This document shows, piece by piece, positions 46,936-54,337 of a DNA stretch of 54,337 nt (the stretch's first letter is position 1; every line of letters begins with the position of its first letter). The stretch is from Chromatiales bacterium (GTDB lineage: Bacteria; Pseudomonadota; Gammaproteobacteria; JACCXJ01). The position numbers and the translations under genes were made by a program. Below the pieces are notes generated by a model. That model was not told the origin of the DNA and ran no database searches. It was given only the letters and a program-made list of their open reading frames with translations. The DNA lies in the NCBI GenBank assembly GCA_043673925.1, contig JBIMKC010000001.1, positions 3,106 through 57,442 on the forward strand, read 5' to 3'.

Positions 46936-48276
46936 ATGACTGAAAATATTCGGACAGTGGAACATGCCACCTGCACCTTTTGCGGTTGCGTGTGCGACGA
47001 TATGGACCTGACGGTCGATCTCGATGCGAAGCGCATCACCAAGGCCAAGAACGCGTGTGTGCTCGGGCGCGCCTGGTTCGCGGAGCATACTATCGAAGAT
47101 CGCCCTTTCGCCTTAATCGACGGCAAGGCCGCCACCACCGAGGAGGCGGTCGAGGCCGCCGCGCAGATCCTCGCCGCCGCGCGGCTGCCGATCATCTACG
47201 GCTTGAGCGACACCACCTGCGAGGCCCAGCGTCAAGCGGTGGCGATATGCGATCTCATGCACGGCAATATCGACACCACCACCTCGGTTTGCCACGGTCC
47301 CTCCGGCATCGCGTTCCAAGGCGTCGGCGAAAGCACGGCCACGCTGGGTGAAATCAAGAACCGCGCGGACCTCGTGATGTACTGGGGTGGTAACCCCGCG
47401 GAATCGCATCCGCGCCACTTCACCCGCTACGCGGTCACCGCGAAAGGACGGTATGTCCCCAATGGGAGAAAAGACCGCTTCGTGGTCTTGGTCGACGTGC
47501 GGCGCACGCCGAGTGCGCCGGTGGCGGACCTCTTCATCCAGGTCAAGCCCGGACATGACTTTGAGCTTTTGTGGGCCCTGCGTGCCTTCGTCAAAGGCCG
47601 CAAGGTCGATCCGAACGTGGCCGAGCGCACGGGCGTGCCCCTGGCGACCATGGAGGATCTCGCGCAGCGGATGAAAAACTGCCGCTACGGGGTCTTGTTC
47701 TTCGGCATGGGGCTGACGATGACCCGCGGGCGCCATTTCAATTCCGGCGCCTTGCTGGCGCTCGCCACGGACCTCAATGAATTTACCCATTTCGTGGCCA
47801 AGCCCGTCCGCGGTCACGGCAACGTTACCGGAGCCGACAACGTCGTCTCCTGGCAGACGGGATACCCGTTCGGGGTCAATTTCAGCCGCGGCTATCCGCG
47901 TTTCAATCCCGGCGAGTACACGACAGTCGATCTGCTCGCCCGTGGCGAAGCGGATGCGGCCATGATCATCGCGAGCGATCCGGCGTCCAATTTCCCGCGC
48001 CAGGCCATCGAGCACATGAAGCGCATCCCCGTGATCGCCTTGGACACCAAACCGACCGACACCACGCAGTTAGCGAAGGTCGCCTTCACCACTTCGACCT
48101 ATGGCATCAATACGTCGGGGACGGTGTATCGCATGGACGATGTTCCGATCACGTTGCGCCCTGCCTTCGAGTCGCCGTATCCGAGCGACGAAGAGGTGCT
48201 CATCGCGATCAAGAACCGGGTGCGCGAGCTGCTGACTCAGAAACGCACGCGGTTCCCCAACCGGAAGGTGGCTTAG
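46936..48276 (+). CDS. fhcB: formylmethanofuran dehydrogenase subunit B homolog, full length with intact cofactor motifs
   Basis: 446 aa. It has an N-terminal C13-x2-C16-x3-C20...C41 motif and TSVCHGPSG (Cys119-His120, nt 47290-47295), within MopB-family similarity. Confidence 0.9.
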   Translation: MTENIRTVEHATCTFCGCVCDDMDLTVDLDAKRITKAKNACVLGRAWFAEHTIEDRPFALIDGKAATTEEAVEAAAQILAAARLPIIYGLSDTTCEAQRQAVAICDLMHGNIDTTTSVCHGPSGIAFQGVGESTATLGEIKNRADLVMYWGGNPAESHPRHFTRYAVTAKGRYVPNGRKDRFVVLVDVRRTPSAPVADLFIQVKPGHDFELLWALRAFVKGRKVDPNVAERTGVPLATMEDLAQRMKNCRYGVLFFGMGLTMTRGRHFNSGALLALATDLNEFTHFVAKPVRGHGNVTGADNVVSWQTGYPFGVNFSRGYPRFNPGEYTTVDLLARGEADAAMIIASDPASNFPRQAIEHMKRIPVIALDTKPTDTTQLAKVAFTTSTYGINTSGTVYRMDDVPITLRPAFESPYPSDEEVLIAIKNRVRELLTQKRTRFPNRKVA

Positions 48277-48290
48277 GTAAACAAGTACCG

Positions 48291-49931
48291 ATGCTACGGA
48301 TATCGAATGGCCGGATCTACGACCCCGCCAACGGAGTGAACGGCGCAGTCCGGGATCTCTGCGTCAATGAGGGAAAGGTCGTCGCGGACGTTCCCGCGGC
48401 GGCGAAACGCATCGACGCGCAAGGCATGGTGATCATGCCGGGGGGCATCGACATCCATTGTCATATCGCCGGACCCAAGGTCAATCTCGCCCGCAAGCTC
48501 CAGCCCGAGGACCACCGACTCGACGTGCATCCCGGCACCGCGATTACCCGTTCCGGGACCGGGGGCGTGGTGCCTTCTACTTTTGCCACCGGCTACCGTT
48601 ACGCGGCGCTCGGGTACACGACGGCGATGGAAGCTGCGGTCACCCCCATCGGCGCCCGTCACGTACTGGAGGAATTTCACGACCTCCCGGTGATCGACAA
48701 GGGGTTCTATGTGCTCCTCGGGAACAACGTTTTCTTGTACGATTTGCTTAAAGCAGGCCGGCGCGAGGACTTTCGCCAAGCGGTGGCCTGGTGGGTCAAC
48801 GCGACCAAGGCGTATGCGGTTAAGTTGGTCAACCCGGGGAGCGATGAGCTTTGGAAGGGACGCCGCAACGCGAACATTACCGATATCAACGAGAATATCG
48901 ACAACTTCGATCTCACGCCGCGCGAAGTGATCAAGGCGTTTATCGAAACCGTCAACGATCTCGGTCTTCCCCACCCCCCGCACATTCATTGCAACAACCT
49001 CGGCCACAGCGGCAACTACACCACCACCCTCGAAACCATGCGGGCCGCCGAGGGACGGCGGGCGCATATCGCGCACGTGCAGTTCCATAGCTACGGCGGG
49101 GAACCGGGCAAGAACCCGACCTCGAAAGGTCCCGAGATCGCGGACTACATCAATCGCCATCCGAATATTACCGCCGACGTCGGCCAGGTCATGTTCGGTA
49201 AGGCCACGGCGATGACCGCCGACGCGCCGCTCGCCTACCTGTTGCGCGGCATCAGCGGCAACAAATGGGTGAACGCCGATACCGAGTGCGAAAGCGGTTG
49301 CGGGATTGTGCCCTTTACCTATCAAGAAAAAGTCTACATACACGCGCTGCAGTGGGCGATCGGACTGGAGTTGTTCCTGTTATCCGAGGACCCGTGGCGG
49401 TTGGTCTTATCGACCGACCATCCCAATGGCGGTTCCTTCATGAAGTACCCGCGTTTGATCCGCTTGCTCATGGATCGGGAATTTCGCAACCAAGAGATCC
49501 GGAAGGTGAATCAAAAGGCGATCCGCAACACCGTGCTTGCGGACACACTCGACCGCGAGTACACCCTGGAGGAGATCGCGATCATCACCCGGGCCGGCCC
49601 CGCGCGCGCGCTCGGGCTGAAGGACAAGGGGCACCTCGGCGTCGGCGCAGACGCCGACATCACCATTTACGACGAGCACGACGACAAGGAACGCATGTTC
49701 AGCACGCCGCGCTACCTGATCAAGGACGGCGTCGCGGTCATCGAAAACCACGAATTCCGTTGTGACCACGAGGGGCGTATCCTGCATACGGCCCCCGCGT
49801 ACGACGCCGGGATCGAGAACAGCATTAAACCCTTCTTCGAGGATAACTATAGTATTGTTTTTGAGAATTACGCGGTCACGGACCGGTATCTGCACCACCA
49901 CCAGGTGATACCGACAGTCCTAGAACGATAA
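48291..49931 (+). CDS. fhcA: formylmethanofuran dehydrogenase subunit A homolog (amidohydrolase)
   Basis: 546 aa, with the GGIDIHCHI metal-binding HxH motif and amidohydrolase-fold similarity. Confidence 0.9.
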   Translation: MLRISNGRIYDPANGVNGAVRDLCVNEGKVVADVPAAAKRIDAQGMVIMPGGIDIHCHIAGPKVNLARKLQPEDHRLDVHPGTAITRSGTGGVVPSTFATGYRYAALGYTTAMEAAVTPIGARHVLEEFHDLPVIDKGFYVLLGNNVFLYDLLKAGRREDFRQAVAWWVNATKAYAVKLVNPGSDELWKGRRNANITDINENIDNFDLTPREVIKAFIETVNDLGLPHPPHIHCNNLGHSGNYTTTLETMRAAEGRRAHIAHVQFHSYGGEPGKNPTSKGPEIADYINRHPNITADVGQVMFGKATAMTADAPLAYLLRGISGNKWVNADTECESGCGIVPFTYQEKVYIHALQWAIGLELFLLSEDPWRLVLSTDHPNGGSFMKYPRLIRLLMDREFRNQEIRKVNQKAIRNTVLADTLDREYTLEEIAIITRAGPARALGLKDKGHLGVGADADITIYDEHDDKERMFSTPRYLIKDGVAVIENHEFRCDHEGRILHTAPAYDAGIENSIKPFFEDNYSIVFENYAVTDRYLHHHQVIPTVLER

Positions 49932-49954
49932 GAATTCGAATAAAATCCTTCTCC

Positions 49955-50851
49955 ATGAATATTCAATCCACCGAGGTTATCGACACCTTCGCGGAGGCTT
50001 TCGCCATGTGGGGGGCGCGGGTGACCATCACCGCGGCGACCCCCGCGTGGGCCCTCGCCGCCGCACGGTCGATGACCGGATTCGCGACCTCGGTGATCGG
50101 CTGTAAGTGCGAGGCCGGGATCGAGCGGGAGCTGTCCGCCGAGGAGACGCCCGACGCGCGCCCCGGGATCAGCGTGTTGCTGTTTTCGACCAGTTTGGAG
50201 GGGGCCGGCAAACGGCTGCTCGAGCGGATCGGTCAGTGCGTGATGACCTGCCCGAGCACCTCATGTTTCAACGGGCTCGCCTCGGGCGAGGGCGTGAGCG
50301 TCGGCGGCAAGCTTCGCTTCTTCGGCGACGGCTATCAGATCGGTAAGTCCCTGGACGGGCGCCGCTATTGGCGCATTCCGGTGATGGATGGCGAATTTGT
50401 GGTCGAAGACCGCTTCAATATCCAGCCCGCGGTGGGCGGCGGCAATCTTTTGATCCACGGCCTGGATCAAACCCGGACCCTGGAAGCAGCCGAGGCCGCG
50501 GCCGGCGCAATGCGCGCCGTTCCCGGCGTGATTCTGCCGTTTCCAAACGGTATCGTGCGCAGTGGCAGCAAGCCCGGATCGCGTTACAAGGGCCTGCCGG
50601 CCTCCACCAACGATGCTTACTGTCCAACGCTGCGCGCGTTTTCCGCGGCGACCGAGGTCCCCCTTGATGCCGCTTGCGTGTTGGAAATCGTGATCGATGG
50701 GCTCGAACTGCGGGGGGTCCAAGACGCTATGCGCGTTGGCATCAACGCGGCTTCCGGGAACGGCGCCTTGCGGATCTCTGCTGGAAATTACGGTGGGGAT
50801 CTCGGCCAGTACCGGATCGGTCTGTACGAGCTTCTTCAAGCGGCGACCTGA
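49955..50851 (+). CDS. fhcD: formylmethanofuran--tetrahydromethanopterin N-formyltransferase
   Basis: IDTFAEAFAMWGARVTITAA...WA..AARSMTGFATSVIGCKCEAGIE matches Ftr. Confidence 0.95.
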   Translation: MNIQSTEVIDTFAEAFAMWGARVTITAATPAWALAAARSMTGFATSVIGCKCEAGIERELSAEETPDARPGISVLLFSTSLEGAGKRLLERIGQCVMTCPSTSCFNGLASGEGVSVGGKLRFFGDGYQIGKSLDGRRYWRIPVMDGEFVVEDRFNIQPAVGGGNLLIHGLDQTRTLEAAEAAAGAMRAVPGVILPFPNGIVRSGSKPGSRYKGLPASTNDAYCPTLRAFSAATEVPLDAACVLEIVIDGLELRGVQDAMRVGINAASGNGALRISAGNYGGDLGQYRIGLYELLQAAT

Positions 50852-50994
50852 GAGTTTGTGAAAAAACCTACTGCGCTCGGGATCTCGCGTACCGGCGGTG
50901 CTCGGAATCCTCATGTATTTCAACATACACTCCGGTTCCTGCGCTCCGGCGGAACGCGACTTCCCTTCGCTCGCGACGGTTCTTTCACAAACTC
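50852..50994 (-). mobile_element. 143-bp MITE, copy 2 (inverted relative to copy 1; flanked by TGA/TGA)
   Basis: TIRs are gagtttgtgaaaaaac and gttctttcacaaactc. Direct repeats are TGA at 50849-50851 (the fhcD stop codon) and at 50995-50997. It differs from copy 1 at 7 of 143 positions. Confidence 0.8.
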
Positions 50995-51015
50995 TGAGCG
51001 ACTAGTTTCGTTACA

Positions 51016-51834
51016 ATGATTCTAAAGCTCGTACTCAAGCACGAACCGGAAGTCCCGCTAGAAGCCGAAGTCATCACGCCGCCGAAGCTCAACGGTTTGA
51101 GTATCGGTGAGATCACGAAGCTTCCGCTGCAATACGGGAACGAACGCGTCGAGCTGGGCGAGTTTTTTCGAGTCGAGGGCAGCTATAGCGGTGAAATCCG
51201 CGTGGAGGGTGATCTTGCGCGCGTCAAGCTTGTCGGCGCGGGGATGAGCGAAGGCCGGATCGTGATACATGGCCGCATCGGGATGCATCTCGGCGCCGGG
51301 ATGTCGGGCGGGGAGATCCTCGTCGAAGGCGACGCCGGCGATTGGGTCGCGCCCGAGATGTCCGGAGGCCGGATCGTCATCATGGGCAATGCCGGACACA
51401 TGATCGGCAGCGCCTATCGGGGGAGTCCGGCCGGCATTCGCGGCGGGGAAATCCTCATCCACGGCAATGCCGGCAACGAGATCGGTCACGCCATGCGCAA
51501 AGGACTGATCGCGATCGGCGGAGACTCTGGCGACTTTACCGGGGTCAGCATGCTCGCGGGGACCATCATCGTGATCGGCGATCTCGGCAACCGCACGGGG
51601 GCGGGAATGAAACGCGGTTCCATCGTCTCGATGCGGCCCGCGCAGATGCTGCCGACCTTCAGCTATGCTTGCAGCTATCAGCCGCAGTTCCTGCGCCTGT
51701 ACCTAATGCATTTGTCGCGGCTGGGGCTACCGGTCACGCCCGCTCATCTCAATGGCCGCTACCAACGCTGGAGCGGGGATGCGCTCGAGATGAACCGCGG
51801 CGAGGTGTTGCTGCTCATTGGCGAGGCCGCGTAG
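51016..51834 (+). CDS. fhcC: formylmethanofuran dehydrogenase subunit C homolog
   Basis: Repeated G-x-G-x-G beta-helix repeats (GAGMSEGRIVIHG, GAGMSGGEILVEGDAG, EMSGGRIVIMGNAG, IRGGEILIHGNAG), as in FwdC and the GltB C-terminal domain. Confidence 0.9.
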   Translation: MILKLVLKHEPEVPLEAEVITPPKLNGLSIGEITKLPLQYGNERVELGEFFRVEGSYSGEIRVEGDLARVKLVGAGMSEGRIVIHGRIGMHLGAGMSGGEILVEGDAGDWVAPEMSGGRIVIMGNAGHMIGSAYRGSPAGIRGGEILIHGNAGNEIGHAMRKGLIAIGGDSGDFTGVSMLAGTIIVIGDLGNRTGAGMKRGSIVSMRPAQMLPTFSYACSYQPQFLRLYLMHLSRLGLPVTPAHLNGRYQRWSGDALEMNRGEVLLLIGEAA

Positions 51835-51910
51835 ATCGGCGATGCGCACCTGAGAAAGCACTCCAAGCCGGAACCATAAACCACTGTCACTGCGTCGCGA
51901 GGAGATCCAA

Positions 51911-52216
51911 ATGACCACAATCGTAACCGAAAATTGCCTCCGGTGCCGCTTCACCGACTGCGTCACCGTCTGCCCGGTGAACTGCTTCCATGGGGACGAT
52001 GAAATGCTGTATATCGACCCCGAGGTCTGCATCGACTGTAGCGCCTGCGTACCCGAGTGTCCGGTACATGCCATCCATGAGGGGGAAGACATTCCCGACA
52101 ACCTGAAAGACTGGATACAGATCAACGCCGACCGCGCCCCGAACTTACCCGTGATCGATGGCAAACAAGATCCGCTGCCCACGGCCGAGGCGCGCCAAGC
52201 GGAGTTAGGGTATTGA
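51911..52216 (+). CDS. fdxA: 7Fe ferredoxin (Azotobacter FdI type, 3Fe-4S + 4Fe-4S)
   Basis: CLRCRFTDCVTVCPVNCF and CIDCSACVPECP motifs. Confidence 0.9.
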   Translation: MTTIVTENCLRCRFTDCVTVCPVNCFHGDDEMLYIDPEVCIDCSACVPECPVHAIHEGEDIPDNLKDWIQINADRAPNLPVIDGKQDPLPTAEARQAELGY

Positions 52217-52241
52217 TAGAAGTATGTTGCGCGTGCGGTAG

Positions 52242-53618
52242 ATGAATACCTTAGGAACCCCTGAAAACCCATTGCAGATCGCCGTCGTCGGCAGCGGCCC
52301 GAGCGGCTTCTACGCCGCCGAAGCCCTGATCAAGTCCGGGCGCGCCGTGCGCGTGGACATGTTCGAGCGGCTCGCCTCGCCCTTCGGGCTCGTACGCAGC
52401 GGCGTCGCGCCCGATCACCCCAAGCTCAAACAAGCCATCCTCGTCTACGACAAGATCGCGCGCTCGCCCGAGTTTTCATTTTGCGGCAATATCAATGTGG
52501 GCAAGGACATCACGCTCGGCGAGCTGCGCCAGAACTATCACGCGGTCCTGTTCACCTGCGGGGCGGAAACGGACCGGCGGCTCGGGATCCCGGGCGAAGA
52601 TCTCCGCGGCAGCCATACCGCCACCGAATTCGTCGGCTGGTACAACGGTCATCCCGATTATCGCGACCGGGTGTTTGATCTATCGCACGAGGTCGCGGTC
52701 ATCATCGGCCAGGGCAACGTGGCCGCGGATGTTTGCCGCATCCTGGCCAAAACGGCGGGCGAGTTAAAACATACCGATATCTCGGAGCACGCGCTCGATA
52801 CGCTGGCCGAGAGTAAAGTGCGGGAAATCCATGCAATCGGACGCCGCGGACCGGCGCAAGCGAAATTCACCAGTCGCGAATTGCGCGAGTTCGGGGAGCT
52901 CCGCGATTGCGATCCGCGCGTCGATGCGCTGGAGTTAACTCTGAATCCGGAAAGCGAGGCCGAGCTCGCCGACAAGAACAACGTGGTCAGCGCCAAGAAT
53001 GTCGAGATCTTCCGTGATTTCGCCCGGCGCATGCCGAGCAAGCACCGACGCTGTATTTTCCAGTTCCTGCGCGGCCCCGTGCGGCTCGAAGGCGAGGGGC
53101 GGCTTGCGCGCGTGGTGCTGGAACGCAATCGGCTGCAAGGGGCGCCGTTTCAGCAGTCGGCGCGGGGCACGGGGGAGATCAGCACGCTCGAATGCGGGAT
53201 CTTATTCCGCAGCATCGGCTATAAAGGGGTGGCCGTTTCCGAGGCGCCCTTCGACGAGCGCAAGGGCGTGATGCCAAACCGCGCCGGACGCGTGCTCGAC
53301 AGTGACGGCAGTGTCGTTCCCGGTCTTTATTGCGCGGGCTGGATAAAACGCGGTCCAACCGGGATCATCGGGACCAATCGCGCCTGCAGCGTGGAAACCG
53401 TCGGTTCGCTGCTTGCGGATCTCGACGCACTCGCGACACCGGGCCCGAAAAGCGGGAGGGACGGTATCCGAGCGCTCATCGAGCAGCGCGGTTTGCGCTC
53501 GGTCAACTACGAGGGTTGGCTAAAGCTCGACGCCGCCGAAGTCGAGCAGGGTAAACCCAAGGGAAAACCGCGCGAAAAATTCACCCGGCTGCATGAAATG
53601 CTGGCGCTTCTCGGATAA
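52242..53618 (+). CDS. ferredoxin--NADP(+) reductase, adrenodoxin-reductase/FprA type
   Basis: IAVVGSGPSGFYAAE, FERLASPFGLVRSGVAPDHPKLK, and a second dinucleotide motif (VAVIIGQGNVAADVCR). Confidence 0.85.
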   Translation: MNTLGTPENPLQIAVVGSGPSGFYAAEALIKSGRAVRVDMFERLASPFGLVRSGVAPDHPKLKQAILVYDKIARSPEFSFCGNINVGKDITLGELRQNYHAVLFTCGAETDRRLGIPGEDLRGSHTATEFVGWYNGHPDYRDRVFDLSHEVAVIIGQGNVAADVCRILAKTAGELKHTDISEHALDTLAESKVREIHAIGRRGPAQAKFTSRELREFGELRDCDPRVDALELTLNPESEAELADKNNVVSAKNVEIFRDFARRMPSKHRRCIFQFLRGPVRLEGEGRLARVVLERNRLQGAPFQQSARGTGEISTLECGILFRSIGYKGVAVSEAPFDERKGVMPNRAGRVLDSDGSVVPGLYCAGWIKRGPTGIIGTNRACSVETVGSLLADLDALATPGPKSGRDGIRALIEQRGLRSVNYEGWLKLDAAEVEQGKPKGKPREKFTRLHEMLALLG

Positions 53619-53626
53619 AGCTCGCG

Positions 53627-53895
53627 CTGAGCGGAGTTCGCGATCGCCTTCTGCGCCGCCAGCGCATGCCCCAGGACGCCGAGGGCACCGGCGCCGTCGC
53701 GCGGGGGATGGGATAGGGACGCTGGCCTTTGCGGCGCAGCTCCTCGTAGAGCGCCTGTATACAGCGATCCACAGCAAGCGTATGGTGCGCAGTGCGCACG
53801 CAGATTATTCGTCCGGTTTCCCCATAGCCGCTTTCGGTTCGTGGCAGCGCGGCAGCGCCGTCAGGACCTCCCCGTGGGTCAGGTGTGCCTGCCGG
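53627..53895 (-). pseudogene. frameshifted internal fragment of a D-cysteine desulfhydrase / ACC deaminase-family PLP enzyme
   Basis: On the minus strand, ..ALYEELRRKGQRPYPIP continues in another frame as RDGAGALGVLGHALAAQKAIANSAQ. This parallels E. coli DcyD ..[38 protein letters not shown] as I recall it. Both ends of the gene are missing. Confidence 0.4.
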
Positions 53896-53900
53896 GCTTC

Positions 53901-54092
53901 CTAAACTCCAACTTCAGGTACAGAAAGATTCCGACAAATCTTTCGCGCTAACTGGTTGGAGATTTCGATATGGCGTGGAACGGCTGCAATTACACCGGTG
54001 GCGGAATTGGTCCAAAGTGAGTGAGAACTACCTTCACGCTTGAGATAACAGCCGTGTTGCCGCAAATGCAGGAGCAGTGCGCTGCGCTTCAC
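53901..54092 (-). CDS. hicA: HicA-family mRNA interferase toxin
   Basis: 63 aa, MKRSALLLHLRQHGCYLKREGSSHSLW.N, typical of the HicA/YcfA family. Confidence 0.85.
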   Translation of the reverse strand: MKRSALLLHLRQHGCYLKREGSSHSLWTNSATGVIAAVPRHIEISNQLARKICRNLSVPEVGV

Positions 54093-54304
54093 GATAACAC
54101 GACTGTTTCACGTTCCGCCTCCGAAGGTACTCCACGTAAGCAATCCTCACGGCGATCCTCAAGAATGAGAGCAATTGCGCCAGCCAAGCTCGCTCGGGCT
54201 TCTTCCTTAGTTCGGCCTTGACCATTTGCGCCCGGGATCTCGGGACAGTAGGCAATAAACCACTCGCCATCTCGCTCAAAAATTGCCGTAAATTCGTTTC
54301 GCAT
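54089..54304 (-). CDS. hicB: HicB-family antitoxin (short form)
   Basis: 71 aa, FTAIFERDGEWFIAYCPEIPGANGQGRTKEEA. It overlaps the hicA start by 4 nt. Confidence 0.8.
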   Translation of the reverse strand: MRNEFTAIFERDGEWFIAYCPEIPGANGQGRTKEEARASLAGAIALILEDRREDCLRGVPSEAERETVVLS

Positions 54305-54337
54305 TTGTCACCTACCGGGTGAAATCGAATTGGCTCA

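Noticed and set aside
47290-47292. A possible selenocysteine at the metal-ligand position of the B subunit.
   Set aside because: The codon is TGC (Cys), not TGA, and the ORF is uninterrupted.

Overview
This is a GC-rich proteobacterial chromosomal segment. The gene order rpsF-rpsR-membrane protein-rplI-dnaB-alr-radA, together with the C1 genes, suggests a gammaproteobacterial methylotroph or methanotroph-like organism; that taxonomic call is inference only. I saw no rRNA, tRNA or CRISPR array.

The window falls into three blocks.

(1) 1-12.9 kb is a loosely organised stress/accessory block with visible gene decay. It holds a ceramidase-family membrane protein, an ECF sigma factor with a cupin-only ChrR-like partner, DUF4404, MOSC, dusB and an exported msrA/msrB pair. 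It also holds an oxidoreductase fragment, two tandem EthD-like paralogs plus a TetR regulator, a GFA-family gene, a sorbosone-dehydrogenase-like gene and an esterase. A decayed third copy of the EthD/TetR locus and an RRM-protein remnant complete it.

(2) 12.9-35.6 kb is housekeeping. It holds malQ, an alpha-glucan phosphorylase, a LysR regulator plus NAD-dependent formate dehydrogenase, and a fatty acid desaturase. These are followed by lipA-lipB-ybeD, alkB, a CorC/CNNM transporter, an internally duplicated outer-membrane barrel, radA-alr-dnaB-rplI-rpsR-rpsF, galU and manC.

(3) 35.7-53.6 kb is a tetrahydromethanopterin/methylofuran C1 island. Eleven co-directional minus-strand genes are mptG, mtdB, an ATP-grasp gene, mch, a RimK-like gene, a CitG-like gene, fae, a second ATP-grasp gene, an orf19-like gene, pabB and an amino-acid-kinase-like gene. 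A divergent plus-strand operon runs fwdD-like, fhcB, fhcA, fhcD, fhcC, followed by a 7Fe ferredoxin and an FprA-type ferredoxin-NADP reductase. A hicAB toxin-antitoxin pair and a dcyD-like remnant sit at the right edge.

The most notable observations are these:
- The formylmethanofuran dehydrogenase-like operon looks like a complete archaeal-type Fwd/Fmd set. It has an FwdD homolog and a full-length B subunit with intact FeS and Cys-His metal-site motifs, unlike the degenerate hydrolase-only Fhc paradigm.
- A 143-bp MITE with 16-bp terminal inverted repeats and TNA target duplications is present twice. One copy sits exactly on the fhcD stop codon inside that operon.
- A collapsed segmental duplicate of the EthD/TetR locus lies about 3.3 kb downstream of the original, with a four-gene segment between them.
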